Below, piece by piece: positions 207,664-218,140 of a stretch of 248,000 nucleotides of DNA. The position numbers and the translations under genes are program-made. Source of the stretch: Hyalangium minutum (GTDB lineage Bacteria; Myxococcota; Myxococcia; Myxococcales; Myxococcaceae); the NCBI RefSeq assembly GCF_000737315.1, contig NZ_JMCB01000005.1, forward strand, positions 20,001 through 268,000, read 5' to 3'. Under the pieces are notes generated by a model. It worked only from the letters and a program-made list of their open reading frames with translations. It did no database searches and was not told where the DNA came from. The number at the start of each line of letters is the position of its first letter. The first letter of the stretch is position 1.

Positions 207664-208371
207664 GTGAGCGCCTCACGCCCATGGTGGCTGCTGGTGGCTA
207701 TAGCGCTAGCAGCCTGTGCGACGACACCCCGGGGAAGTGAGAGGCTGGGCTGCGAGGAGTCGGCTGAGCTCGTTTCTTACGAGGAAGCATGCTCGCACGA
207801 GAACAGCCTGGTGGCGCTGTGCGCAGGTGAGCAATGCGGGCTGTACCGATGCTGGCAGGTGCAGGAGCAGGGGGACGAAACGCGCGTGGTGCTTGCGCGG
207901 CACCCGGTGGGGGCATTGCCCAATCCTCAGCGGGGCGCGCAGAGGAACTGGGGGAGCGCACAAGAGTTGCCGCGGGATGCGCGGCCGGTGTTCATCATCC
208001 CGTGGCAGCACAAGCCGCCGCTGTTGCCCAGTCAGCAGCAGATGCTGGAGGAGGCAGCCAAGGAGCGGGCCAAGCCGCATGAGCAGCACCACATCTTCCC
208101 GCGAATGTTCAAGGAGTGGTTTACCCAGCAAGGCATCGACATCGACAAGTATGTGCTCCTGCTGGAGTTGGAGAAGCACAGGAGCATCCATCGCGGAGCC
208201 AACGGAGGCCCGTGGAATGCCGCATGGGCTCGTTTCATCCAAGAAAACCTGGCGGGGGCCCCGAAAGAGAAGATCCACAGATACGCCGGACAACTCATCT
208301 ACGAGTTCGAGCTGTTCGGCCCTGTCATTCCGTATTCGAGACAGCCGCCCCCGCTGCCTCCAGGGTACTAG
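207664..208371 (+). CDS. SitA6/TIGR02269-like lipoprotein toxin
   Basis: LAAC; HHIFP..F..WF; IH.G..GG.WN..W. Confidence 0.8.
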   Translation: MSASRPWWLLVAIALAACATTPRGSERLGCEESAELVSYEEACSHENSLVALCAGEQCGLYRCWQVQEQGDETRVVLARHPVGALPNPQRGAQRNWGSAQELPRDARPVFIIPWQHKPPLLPSQQQMLEEAAKERAKPHEQHHIFPRMFKEWFTQQGIDIDKYVLLLELEKHRSIHRGANGGPWNAAWARFIQENLAGAPKEKIHRYAGQLIYEFELFGPVIPYSRQPPPLPPGY

Positions 208372-208376
208372 CGCCG

Positions 208377-209102
208377 ATGCGATTCTATTGGCTCAGCACC
208401 CCTCCATCGCCGCGTGACTCAGGCGGGTATACGTACGGGCATACATGGAGCCTGCCTGGAGTGGCCTGCCCGGTGTGCAATCTCTCTGGGGGCACGGCTG
208501 CGAATGCCTACCCTTCTGTAGACCTGTCTCACCTGCCGGCTCAGGAGCAGCGGAAGTACTTCGCGCGGTTCGAGGAAGACTTCGTGGAGTTCGAGCGGCT
208601 GCGCGAACAGGTGCGCCCGTTGGTGCCTTCCGGAATCCCCCTCTGGCCAGGGACTGCTTTCGGTCCCCTGCATGGCTCGGCCTGGGGAGAGTTTGGCCCG
208701 CTGAGCCTGATTCACGCGTGGGAGCTGTTGATCAGGCGTGAGCCATTCGAGCGTCTGCAGGCTGAGGGCTTGAGGGGCTTGAAGGGCTGTCGCACGGCCC
208801 TGCGCTTTCGCAAGAAGAACCCACCCGAGTTGCTGGAGATGGAATTGGTGCCCCGGGGCGAGTTCCACTCGGATTGCCTGCCGGAACGTCCCCTGCCCTG
208901 TCCGAAGTGCGAGAGGAGAGAACTCAAGTGTCCAGACGAGCCCATTCTGGATGCGGCCTCTCTGCCTGAAGACCAGGATTTGTTCCGACTGGCTGGGTTT
209001 CTGTCGATGATCATCGCCACCGAGCGCTTTGTAGATGCAGTGCGGCGTCTGAGCTACGAGCAGGATATCGCCTTCCGCGAACTGCCGGTGCGCGGCGCGT
209101 AG
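208377..209102 (+). CDS. SitI6-like double-CXXCG immunity protein
   Basis: CPVC and CPKC; LWPGT.FGP. Confidence 0.8.
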   Translation: MRFYWLSTPPSPRDSGGYTYGHTWSLPGVACPVCNLSGGTAANAYPSVDLSHLPAQEQRKYFARFEEDFVEFERLREQVRPLVPSGIPLWPGTAFGPLHGSAWGEFGPLSLIHAWELLIRREPFERLQAEGLRGLKGCRTALRFRKKNPPELLEMELVPRGEFHSDCLPERPLPCPKCERRELKCPDEPILDAASLPEDQDLFRLAGFLSMIIATERFVDAVRRLSYEQDIAFRELPVRGA

Positions 209103-209139
209103 CACAGGCTGGTTCAACTGATCGCGCCATGAAGCGGCG

Positions 209140-210591
209140 TCATGGCTGCTCGGAGGTGGGCGGCGGGCGGCTGTCGAAGACGGGCATGTAGCATTGGCCC
209201 TCTCGTTCGTAGGCTGCACCGCACGGCGGATCAATCCGGAGGATGGACCAGCAAGCTCCTATGACCACGACCTCCGAGCGTGGATTGCAGGGGGGCTTCT
209301 TCTGCCCAGGAAGAGGAGTCTTGGGCATGGCCAAACCGATGGCAGAGACAGGCAGTCCCGTTCGCGGACCCTCCTGCACGGAGGCCATGGCGGCATCCGC
209401 GACGCCAGCATCAGGCGTCTCTATGGGGGGTGTCGGAACCTCTTTGGCCATCAGCGGGGGGCCGGAAGGGGCCGATTCTTCTCGGGGCGCTGGGCCTGAT
209501 GGGAGCTTGGAACCGATGAGCACGACGAACCCCCCCACCATGGCGGCTGCAGCCCATGAGAGCAGCGCCAGGGTGGCGTGGTGCGTGGCGTCTGCTGAGG
209601 AGCGCTGACGGCTCGGAGGGGGAGGGGACCCGCTTGAGGACGCAGAACGGGACGGTGCCTCTAACTCAGAAGGAACTCCTACCCGAAGCAGGCGGATGGG
209701 ATTGTCCGCCACATGCCGAGTATGGAGCGCAGCGTGCTCTAACGCCTCTACCGTCTGAGGAGTGGTACCGCGGTTCGCTTTATCCTCGGAGAGCAGGCGC
209801 AGGATGATGCTGTCCAATTCTGGAGTGACCGTGGCGAGCTCTCTTGGGGGGCGCAGTTCCCGCTGCTCCTCATGCTGGGTCTCGCTGATGGGCGGGGGGT
209901 AGGTGCCCGTCACGAGCCGGTAGGCGGTGACGCCCAGCGCGTACAGGTCATCGCAGGGGCTCGCTTTCCAGCGCGCCTGGTCATCCCTGTAGAAGCGCCA
210001 CGTGAAGCGTAGCAGCTCCGGCGAGCGGTAGACGCTGGTGCCCGGAGGCGCACAGGTGTCCGTCAGCGGGCGCGCTCCCGGGAACCATCCGGCGCCGAAG
210101 TCCACCAGCACCGCGCGGCCTTCAGGAGTGACGCGGATGTTGTCCCCCTTGACGTCCCGGTGAACGGCGCCCGAGGCATGAACCGCCGCCAGTCCTTGTG
210201 CCACCTGGGCGAGCACTTCGAGCACGTCCCGGGAGGAGCGCTCTTCCTCGTGGCCCCACTCATAGAGGATGGAGCCCGCCACGTACTCCATGACTAGGTA
210301 AGGGTGGTCGTCACCCCGGGCCGAGATCCAGATCCCAAAGTCCTCAAAGCGAGGCAGCGCGGGGTGTTGAGTGCGCCGGAGCAGCTCGGCTTCCCGCTCG
210401 AAGCGCGGATCACCGGCTTGCTTGGCCATCTTCATGGCGAAGGGGCCTGCTTCCGGCTTCGAAGCGCGCTCCACCAGGAACACCACTCCGTAGCTGCCGG
210501 AGTCGATGCGTTCGAGGACACGCCAGGGGCCTACGAGCGAGCCGGGGCGCAGATCGCGAGGGTCAACAGGGGTCTCCAGGTCATCGCTCAA
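209140..210591 (-). CDS. Ser/Thr kinase (myxobacterial accessory type)
   Basis: HRDVKGDN; DFG; C-terminal CW..PPC..CY.P. Confidence 0.85.
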   Translation of the reverse strand: MSDDLETPVDPRDLRPGSLVGPWRVLERIDSGSYGVVFLVERASKPEAGPFAMKMAKQAGDPRFEREAELLRRTQHPALPRFEDFGIWISARGDDHPYLVMEYVAGSILYEWGHEEERSSRDVLEVLAQVAQGLAAVHASGAVHRDVKGDNIRVTPEGRAVLVDFGAGWFPGARPLTDTCAPPGTSVYRSPELLRFTWRFYRDDQARWKASPCDDLYALGVTAYRLVTGTYPPPISETQHEEQRELRPPRELATVTPELDSIILRLLSEDKANRGTTPQTVEALEHAALHTRHVADNPIRLLRVGVPSELEAPSRSASSSGSPPPPSRQRSSADATHHATLALLSWAAAAMVGGFVVLIGSKLPSGPAPREESAPSGPPLMAKEVPTPPIETPDAGVADAAMASVQEGPRTGLPVSAIGLAMPKTPLPGQKKPPCNPRSEVVVIGACWSILRIDPPCGAAYEREGQCYMPVFDSRPPPTSEQP

Positions 210592-210696
210592 GGGGCTTCT
210601 CCCGCAGGGGCGCGGAGCTGAACCCGAGCCTACCGAAGAGGTGGCCCAGAAGATACCCGCTCTCTTGGGTTGTGTCCGCCTGCCTCACGGGCATGA

Positions 210697-210750
210697 CTGT
210701 TCGGAAATGTCGGGACTTTTGCGTCCAAAACCCCCGACATTTCCGAACAG
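210697..210750. repeat. 54-bp inverted repeat
   Basis: CTGTTCGGAAATGTCGGG...CCCGACATTTCCGAACAG, 18-bp perfect arms. Confidence 0.9.
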
Positions 210751-210958
210751 GCGTCCGCGAGAACTCTTCGTAGCTGTGCCGGCCGCTGTGGACCCGGAAG
210801 GGAAGCCGATGTCAACCAGGAGGTAGGTTCTGCGCCCACCTCTGAAAGCGCATGCAAAGTCTTGCGGGCGTTACGAACCGGCGACAGGATGCGCCGCCGT
210901 TTTCCCTACAACTGCCACAACTCACCAGAGGGAGGGACGAGTGGACACCCGTTCTTCG

Positions 210959-212086
210959 ATGACTCGTATCGGCGCCGCATCGGTGCTGGCTGCTGTGATG
211001 CTGCTGAGCCCCGCCTGCAAGAAGGAGGAGAAGCCTGCCGGTGATACCACCGGGACGGCGACGGGGACGCCTCCCGCGGCCGAGAAGAAGCCGGCCGGCG
211101 GGAAGATCGCCCTGCTGCTGCCCGAGACGAAGACGGCTCGTTACGAGTCCCACGACCGCCCTCACTTCGAGCGCAAGGTGAAGGAGCTGTGTTCCGAGTG
211201 CGAGGTCATCTACAGCAACGCGGATCAGGACGCGTCCAAGCAGCAGAACCAGGCCGAGGCCGCGCTGACCAACGGCGCCCAGGTGCTGGTGCTGGATCCG
211301 GTGGACTCCGCCTCGGCGGCCGCCATCGTCACGCGCGCCAAGCAGTCGAAGATCCCCGTCGTCAGCTATGACCGCCTCATCACCGGCGCGGACGTGGACT
211401 ACTACATCTCGTTCGACAACGAGAAGGTCGGCAAGCTCCAGGCCACCGCGCTCGTGGACAAGCTCAAGGCGGACGGGAAGACGGGCGGCACCATCGTGAT
211501 GATCAACGGTGCGCCCACCGACAACAACGCCAAGCTCTTCAAGGCCGGCGCGCACAGCATCATCGACGGCAGCGGCCTGAAGATCGGCGCCGAGTACGAC
211601 ACCCCGGACTGGAGCCCGGACAAGGCCCAGCAGCAGATGGAGCAGGCCATCACCTCCATCGGCAAGGACAAGATCGCCGGCGTGTACTGCGCCAATGACG
211701 GCACGGCGGGCGGCGCCATCGCGGCCATGAAGGCCGCGGGCGTCAAGCCGCTGCCCCCCGTCACGGGCCAGGACGCGGAGCTGGCGGGTATCCAGCGCAT
211801 CATCGCGGGCGAGCAGTTCATGACCGTCTACAAGGCCATCAAGCCCGAGGCCGAGGTCGCCGCGGAGCTGGCGGTGGCGCTGGTGCGCGGCCAGCAGGCC
211901 CCGGCGGGCAAGGTCAACGCCAAGGTGAACAACGGCAAGCTGGACGTGCCCTCCATCCTCCTGGAGCCCGTGGCCGTCACCAAGGACAACGTGAAGACCA
212001 CGGTCGTCGCGGACGGGTTCTGGAAGCCGGACGAGCTCTGCGCCGGCTCCTACAAGGACGCCTGCACCGCGGCCCAGATCCAGTAA
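210959..212086 (+). CDS. XylF-like sugar-binding lipoprotein
   Basis: SPAC; NDGTAGG; TGQDA. Confidence 0.88.
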   Translation: MTRIGAASVLAAVMLLSPACKKEEKPAGDTTGTATGTPPAAEKKPAGGKIALLLPETKTARYESHDRPHFERKVKELCSECEVIYSNADQDASKQQNQAEAALTNGAQVLVLDPVDSASAAAIVTRAKQSKIPVVSYDRLITGADVDYYISFDNEKVGKLQATALVDKLKADGKTGGTIVMINGAPTDNNAKLFKAGAHSIIDGSGLKIGAEYDTPDWSPDKAQQQMEQAITSIGKDKIAGVYCANDGTAGGAIAAMKAAGVKPLPPVTGQDAELAGIQRIIAGEQFMTVYKAIKPEAEVAAELAVALVRGQQAPAGKVNAKVNNGKLDVPSILLEPVAVTKDNVKTTVVADGFWKPDELCAGSYKDACTAAQIQ

Positions 212087-212101
212087 CGCCTGGAGGGTGG
212101 A

Positions 212102-212890
212102 ATGACCGCTACATCGTTGCTGGAGCTGAAAGGGGTCTCCAAGCGCTTCGGGGCCGTCCAGGCCCTCACCACGGTGGACTTCGAGGTCCGCCCCGGTGAG
212201 GTCGTGGCCCTGGTGGGCGACAACGGGGCCGGGAAGTCCACCCTCATCAAGATCATCTCAGGAATCATCCCCATCGACGAAGGGCAGGTCCTCTTCGAGG
212301 GCCGGCCCGTCTCCCTGAACGGGCCTCAGGCCTCGTCGTCGCTGGGAATTGCCACCGTGTACCAGGACCTCGCGCTGTGCGACAACCTGGACGTCGTGGG
212401 CAACCTGTTCCTCGGGCGCGAAGTGCGCTCGGGGGCCGCGGGCAAGCTCACGGGGTGGCTGGACGAGACCGCCATGGAGCAGCAGGCGAGCGCGCTGCTC
212501 CAGCGGCTCAGTGTGAGCATCCCCAGCGTGCGCACGCAGGTGGCCGCGCTGTCGGGTGGCCAGCGGCAGTCCATCGCGGTGGCTCGCGCGATGATGGGCT
212601 CGCCGAAGATGGTGCTGCTGGACGAGCCCACCGCGGCGCTCGGTGTGGCGCAGACGCGCCAGGTGCTGGACCTCATCCGCCGCCTGCGCGAGCAGGGCCT
212701 GGGCGTGGTGGTCATCAGCCATAACCTGATGGATGTGTTCTCCGTGTCCGACCGCATCATCGTGATGCGGCTGGGCAAGCGGGTGGCGACCTTCGACACC
212801 CAGGCGGCCAAGGAAGTCGAGGTCGTCTCCGCCATCACCGGAGCCAAGAAGCAGGAAGTCGTCGAGACGCTCAAGACGGAGGCCCAATGA
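212102..212890 (+). CDS. sugar ABC ATPase
   Basis: GDNGAGKS; LSGGQRQ. Confidence 0.9.
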   Translation: MTATSLLELKGVSKRFGAVQALTTVDFEVRPGEVVALVGDNGAGKSTLIKIISGIIPIDEGQVLFEGRPVSLNGPQASSSLGIATVYQDLALCDNLDVVGNLFLGREVRSGAAGKLTGWLDETAMEQQASALLQRLSVSIPSVRTQVAALSGGQRQSIAVARAMMGSPKMVLLDEPTAALGVAQTRQVLDLIRRLREQGLGVVVISHNLMDVFSVSDRIIVMRLGKRVATFDTQAAKEVEVVSAITGAKKQEVVETLKTEAQ

Positions 212891-214122
212891 GCTCCCCCCG
212901 TGAAGTCGTGGCCTATGTCGATCCGCGCTTGATTCAGGATGCCCCGGGTCTGAAGGGTGCGTGGCAGGGCTTCCGCCGCCGCGTGTCCCAGGGCGAGCTG
213001 GGCAGCCTGCCCGTCATCGTCGGACTGAGCCTCATCTGGCTCATCTTCTATGTGGCCAACGAGCGCTTCCTCTCCGCCGTCAACCTCACCAACCTGATGC
213101 TGCAGATCGCCGCCATGGGGACGATCTCCGCGGGCATCGTGCTGGTGCTGCTGCTGGGAGAGATTGACCTGTCGGCGGGCGCCGTGAGCGGCCTGTCCGC
213201 CGCGGTGATGGCCATCCTCAACGTGAAGCACGGGTGGGGGGCTGTTCCGGCGCTCCTGGCGGGCCTGGCCGCCGGCGCGGGCATCGGCCTGTTCCACGGC
213301 CTGTGGATTACGCGGTTCCGCGTGCCCTCGTTCGTGGTGACGCTGGCCGGACTGCTGGGCTGGCAGGGTGCGCTGCTTTTCGTGCTGGGCAACACCGGCA
213401 CGGTGAACCTGAATGACCCGGTCATCAACGGGCTGACCGGCACCTTCTTCGAGCCGGCCATTGCCTGGCCCATCGCCATCCTCATCATCGCCCTCTACGT
213501 GGCCACGGTGCTGGTCGAGCGGATGCGCCGGGGGGCGGCGGGGCTGCCCCAGGCGCACCTGCGCTCCACCGTGGCGCGCATGGTGGTCATCTCCGGCGCG
213601 GTGGTGGCCTCGGTGGCCGTGTTCACCCAGGACCGCGGCTTGCCGCTGGCGGCCATCATCTTCGCGGGCTTCGTGGTGGGCATTGAACTGCTCATCAAGC
213701 GCACCCGCTTCGGCCGGCACGTCTTCGCGGTGGGTGGCAACGCCGAGGCGGCTCGCCGCGCGGGCATCCGCGTGGAGACCATCCGCGTGGCCATCTTCAC
213801 CCTGGCCTCCACCATGGCGGCTGCGGGTGGTATCCTTGCCTCCTCGCGCTTGCTGGCGGTGAACCAGTCCTCTGGCAGCGGCGACGTGCTGCTCAACGCC
213901 ATCGCCGCGGCGGTGATTGGCGGCACCAGCCTCTTCGGCGGGCGCGGTTCGGCCTGGTCGGCCATCCTGGGAGCGCTGGTGATTGGCTCTATCTCCAACG
214001 GAATGGACCTGCTCGCGCTATCCTCGTCCGTGAAGTTCATGGTCACGGGCGCGGTGCTGCTGGTGGCGGCCTCCATCGACGCGCTCTCACGGAGAGGCCG
214101 GCAGGCGGCGGGCAGGGCGTGA
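212887..214122 (+). CDS. XylH-like sugar ABC permease
   Basis: GEIDLSAG; AVIGGTSLFGG. Confidence 0.9.
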   Translation: MSSPREVVAYVDPRLIQDAPGLKGAWQGFRRRVSQGELGSLPVIVGLSLIWLIFYVANERFLSAVNLTNLMLQIAAMGTISAGIVLVLLLGEIDLSAGAVSGLSAAVMAILNVKHGWGAVPALLAGLAAGAGIGLFHGLWITRFRVPSFVVTLAGLLGWQGALLFVLGNTGTVNLNDPVINGLTGTFFEPAIAWPIAILIIALYVATVLVERMRRGAAGLPQAHLRSTVARMVVISGAVVASVAVFTQDRGLPLAAIIFAGFVVGIELLIKRTRFGRHVFAVGGNAEAARRAGIRVETIRVAIFTLASTMAAAGGILASSRLLAVNQSSGSGDVLLNAIAAAVIGGTSLFGGRGSAWSAILGALVIGSISNGMDLLALSSSVKFMVTGAVLLVAASIDALSRRGRQAAGRA

Positions 214123-214165
214123 ACCGGGCGCCGGGGCGCAGGTCCCCGGCCCTCAGGGAGACGCG

Positions 214166-215254
214166 ATGACGACGGGAGCACCCGCCCTTCGAGTGGGCAT
214201 CATCGGCACAGGCTTCGCGCGCTCCACGCAGATCCCCGCATTTCAGTCGCTCCCGGGCGTGGAGGTGGTCTCCATCGCCAGCGCCCGGCTCGAGCGCGCC
214301 GAGCAGGTGGCGCGCGAGTGTGGCATCCCTCGCGCCACCCAGGACTGGCGCGAGGTGGTGCGGGACCCGGGGGTGGACCTCGTCAGCATCGTCACCCCGC
214401 CGCACCTGCACCGCGAGATGGCCATCGCCGCGGTGCACGCGGGCAAGGCCGTGCTCTGCGAGAAGCCCACCTCGCTGGAGGCCGCCGAGGCGGAGATCAT
214501 GTGGCTGGCGGCCGAGCAGCGGGGCGTGCTCGCGCTGATGGACCATGAGCTGCGCTTCCTGCCCTCGCGCCAGCGGATGCGGGAGATCATCCTCTCCGGA
214601 GAGCTGGGGACGATTCATCACGCCCGCGTGCGCTACCGCAGCGACAACCGCGCCGGACCCGGGCGGCCGTGGGACTGGTGGTCGGACGTGGCGCGCGGCG
214701 GAGGACTGCTGGGGGCGCTGGGCTCGCATGCGGTGGACGCGCTGCGCTTCCTGCTGGGCCGCGAGCCGACGGAAGTCTTGGGCGTCCTGGCCACGCACAT
214801 CCCCTCGCGGCCGGATGCGCAGAGCGGCACAGCGCGGATGGTGACGTCCGATGACGAGGTGCAGGCGCTGCTGGGCTTCGGCGGAGGCCTCACGGCCGCG
214901 ATGAGCCTCTCCGCGGTGGAGCCCGGCAAGCCGATGCACGTGGTGGAGGTGTTCGGTACGCGCGGCGGCCTGCGCGTGGAGGGCTCGGAGTTGCTGCGGG
215001 CCGAGGTGGGCGGCCGGCGGTGGGCGCCGGTGGAGCTGCCTTCGCTGCAGCCGCTGCCCGCGGGCATGCCGGAGACCGAGTGGGCGCTCGGCTTCGTGCA
215101 GTACGCGCGCGCCATCGTCGAGGCACTGCGGGCGGGCGCCCGGACGCTGCCTGGGGCGGCCTCCTTCGAGGAGGGGTGGCGCAACCAGCGTGTGCTGGAT
215201 GCCATTCGCCGCTCCCACTCCGAGCGCCGCTGGATTCCTCTCAGCAAGGTGTAG
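214166..215254 (+). CDS. Gfo/Idh/MocA oxidoreductase
   Basis: GTGF; CEKP; GSHAVD. Confidence 0.88.
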   Translation: MTTGAPALRVGIIGTGFARSTQIPAFQSLPGVEVVSIASARLERAEQVARECGIPRATQDWREVVRDPGVDLVSIVTPPHLHREMAIAAVHAGKAVLCEKPTSLEAAEAEIMWLAAEQRGVLALMDHELRFLPSRQRMREIILSGELGTIHHARVRYRSDNRAGPGRPWDWWSDVARGGGLLGALGSHAVDALRFLLGREPTEVLGVLATHIPSRPDAQSGTARMVTSDDEVQALLGFGGGLTAAMSLSAVEPGKPMHVVEVFGTRGGLRVEGSELLRAEVGGRRWAPVELPSLQPLPAGMPETEWALGFVQYARAIVEALRAGARTLPGAASFEEGWRNQRVLDAIRRSHSERRWIPLSKV

Positions 215255-215330
215255 CAGGGCGAGAAGCTGCCTGCCGGGCGGGCCTGTGTCTGCGGCTCGG
215301 GGCTCCCCACCTTTCAAGGTGGAGCCACGA

Positions 215331-218129
215331 ATGGATTCGATAAAGACACCCCAGACGAGCAGCCCTGCGGCCGCCTCCTGGCACTCGCTCGCCGCCGAAG
215401 ATGTGCTGAAGCGCCTGCAGACCACCGCCGAAGGACTCTCCCACCAGGAGGGCCAACAGCGGCTGGCACGCCACGGCCCCAACGTCCTGGAGCGCCAGAG
215501 CCAGAGCGGCCCGCTCCGGGTGCTCTTCCGGCAGATCAACAACCCGCTCATCTGGGTGCTGCTCGGCTCCGCGGTGCTGGCCATCGCGCTGGGGAAGGTG
215601 ACGGACGGGCTGGTGGTGCTCGCGGTGGTGGTGCTCAACACCGTCATCGGCTTCGTGCAGGAGTTCCGGGCTGGCCGCGCCATCGAGGCGCTGTCGCGCA
215701 TGGTGCCGGAGCTCACCGCCGTGCTGCGCGGCGGGCACAAGGTGACGGTTCCCGCAGCGGAGCTGGTGCTGGGGGACGTGGTGATGCTGGCCTCGGGAGA
215801 CAAGGTGCCGGCGGACCTGCGGCTGATCTCCGTGCGCAACCTCCAGGTGGAGGAGGCCGCGCTCACGGGCGAGTCCGTGCCCGTCATGAAGCAGCTCCGG
215901 CCCGTGGCCGAGGACGCGGCCCTGGGCGACCGCTCCAACCTCGCCTTTGGTGGCACGCTCGTGACGTCTGGCACGGGCACCGCCGTGGTGGTGGCCACCG
216001 GAGGGCATACGGAGCTGGGGCGCATCTCGAAGATGCTGGGCGAGACGGTGGATTTGCAGACACCGTTGACGAAAGCGCTGGCGACCATTGGCCGCTTCCT
216101 CACCATCGGCATCCTGGCGGTCTCGGTGGTGCTGCTGGCCGTGGGGCTGCTGCGTGGCTACGCGGTGGGCGAAGCCCTGCTCGTGGCCATCACCCTGGCC
216201 GTCGCCGCCATCCCCGAGGGCCTTCCCGCCATCGTCACCATCGCCCTGGCCATCGGCGTGCAGCGCATGGCGGCGCGCCGGGCCGTCATCCGGAAGCTGC
216301 CTGCGGTGGAGACGCTCGGGAGCACCACCGTCATCTGCTCGGACAAGACGGGCACGCTCACGCGCAATGAGATGACAGTGCAGGCGCTGTGGACGCCTGC
216401 GGGTGGCTGGACCATGTCGGGTGTGGGGTATGCGCCGGAGGGGCGCCTCCATCAGAAGGGCGTGCCCGTGGACGGAGTGCCCGAGGCCGCGCGGGAGCTG
216501 CTGCGGGCCGGAGCGCTCTGCAACGACGCCGCGCTCCAGTCCAAAGGGGGGAAGTGGGAGCTGACGGGAGACCCCACCGAGGGCGCGCTCCTGGTGGCGG
216601 CGGAGAAGGCAGGACTGCCCGTGGAGGAACTCTGTGAGCGTTTCCCCCGGGTGGATGCCATCCCCTTCGAATCGGAGAGCCAGTTCATGGCGACCCTGCA
216701 TGAGGACGGAGAGGACCGCCGGTCTATCTTCCTCAAGGGCGCTCCGGAGGTCATCCTGCGGCGCTGCGCGCTCCCCGAGGGCCTACGCCCAGAAGGAGTG
216801 CTCGCCGAGGTGGAGCGGATGGCCGAGGGGGGCATGCGTGTGCTGGCGGTGGCCTCGAAGGCGGTACCCGCCACGCACGAGCGGATGGAGCCGGAGCACG
216901 TGGCCGGAGGCTTCTCACTGTTGGGCCTGCAGGGGATGATCGATCCGCCGCGCCAGGAGGCCATCGCCGCGGTGCGGGCGTGCCACGAGGCAGGCATCGT
217001 CGTGAAGATGATCACCGGCGATCACCAGAAGACGGCGGAGAGCATCGGCCGGGAGCTGGGGCTGCACGGGACGGGACCCGCGCTGACGGGGCGGCAGCTC
217101 GCGGAGCTGAACGACCACCAGCTGGCGGAGGCCGGGGCCACCACGAACGTGTTCGCGCGCGTCGCTCCCGAGCACAAGCTGCGGCTGGTGCGCGCGCTCC
217201 AGGCCCGGCACCAGGTGGTGGCGATGACGGGCGATGGTGTCAACGACGCGCCCGCGCTCAAGCAGGCCAACATCGGTGTGGCCATGGGCATCACCGGCAC
217301 GGCCGTGTCGAAGGAGGCGGCGGACATCGTCCTCATGGACGACAACTTCGCGTCGATCGCGGCGGCGGTGGAGGAGGGCCGGCGCGTCTATGACAACCTC
217401 ATCAAGTCCCTGGCGTTCGTGCTGCCCACCAACCTGGGGCTGGCGCTCATCCTGGCCTTCGGCGTGGCCTTCTTCCCCATCCAAGAGGTGGGCGGAGCGC
217501 TGGCGCCGCTGATGCCCATGCTCCCGACGCAGCTCCTGTGGATCAACCTGGTGGCCACCGTGGCGCTGGCCCTGCCGCTGGCCTTCGAGGCCAAGGAGCC
217601 CAACGTCATGCAGCGGCCGCCGCGCAGTCCCAGCGGGCCCGTGCTGAGCCGCTTCGTGGTGGTGCGCACCCTGGTGGCGGCGGTGCTGATGGCCGCGGGC
217701 GCCATCGGGCTGTTCCTCTGGGAGTACACCTCCGAGGTGGGACGCTCCGGGCACGCGGTGGCGCTGCGCGAGGCCCAGACCATGGCCGTCACCACCGTCA
217801 TCCTCTTCCAGATCTTCTACATGCTCATGTGCCGCAGCCTGAAAGGCTCGATCTTCCGGCTGGGCTGGCTCAGCAACCCCACTGTCTTCGTGGGCATCGG
217901 CGTGCTGGTGCTGCTGCAGCTGGGCTTCATCTACCTGCCCTTCATGCAGAAGGTGTTCGGCACCTCCGCGCTGGATTGGAAGGCGCTCGGGATGTCCACC
218001 CTGGTGGCGGTCGTCATCCTCCCCGTCATTGGCGCGGAGAAGCTCTGGCGCTCGCGGCGGGAGCGGACCTCCCTGGATCGCCGCGAGCCACCTCGGGGCT
218101 TGCGTGTGGGGCCTCGGCTCCCGGCGTAG
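215331..218129 (+). CDS. cation-transporting P-type ATPase
   Basis: TGES; PEGL; DKTGTLT; GDGVND. Confidence 0.95.
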   Translation: MDSIKTPQTSSPAAASWHSLAAEDVLKRLQTTAEGLSHQEGQQRLARHGPNVLERQSQSGPLRVLFRQINNPLIWVLLGSAVLAIALGKVTDGLVVLAVVVLNTVIGFVQEFRAGRAIEALSRMVPELTAVLRGGHKVTVPAAELVLGDVVMLASGDKVPADLRLISVRNLQVEEAALTGESVPVMKQLRPVAEDAALGDRSNLAFGGTLVTSGTGTAVVVATGGHTELGRISKMLGETVDLQTPLTKALATIGRFLTIGILAVSVVLLAVGLLRGYAVGEALLVAITLAVAAIPEGLPAIVTIALAIGVQRMAARRAVIRKLPAVETLGSTTVICSDKTGTLTRNEMTVQALWTPAGGWTMSGVGYAPEGRLHQKGVPVDGVPEAARELLRAGALCNDAALQSKGGKWELTGDPTEGALLVAAEKAGLPVEELCERFPRVDAIPFESESQFMATLHEDGEDRRSIFLKGAPEVILRRCALPEGLRPEGVLAEVERMAEGGMRVLAVASKAVPATHERMEPEHVAGGFSLLGLQGMIDPPRQEAIAAVRACHEAGIVVKMITGDHQKTAESIGRELGLHGTGPALTGRQLAELNDHQLAEAGATTNVFARVAPEHKLRLVRALQARHQVVAMTGDGVNDAPALKQANIGVAMGITGTAVSKEAADIVLMDDNFASIAAAVEEGRRVYDNLIKSLAFVLPTNLGLALILAFGVAFFPIQEVGGALAPLMPMLPTQLLWINLVATVALALPLAFEAKEPNVMQRPPRSPSGPVLSRFVVVRTLVAAVLMAAGAIGLFLWEYTSEVGRSGHAVALREAQTMAVTTVILFQIFYMLMCRSLKGSIFRLGWLSNPTVFVGIGVLVLLQLGFIYLPFMQKVFGTSALDWKALGMSTLVAVVILPVIGAEKLWRSRRERTSLDRREPPRGLRVGPRLPA

Positions 218130-218140
218130 GCGAGGGACAC

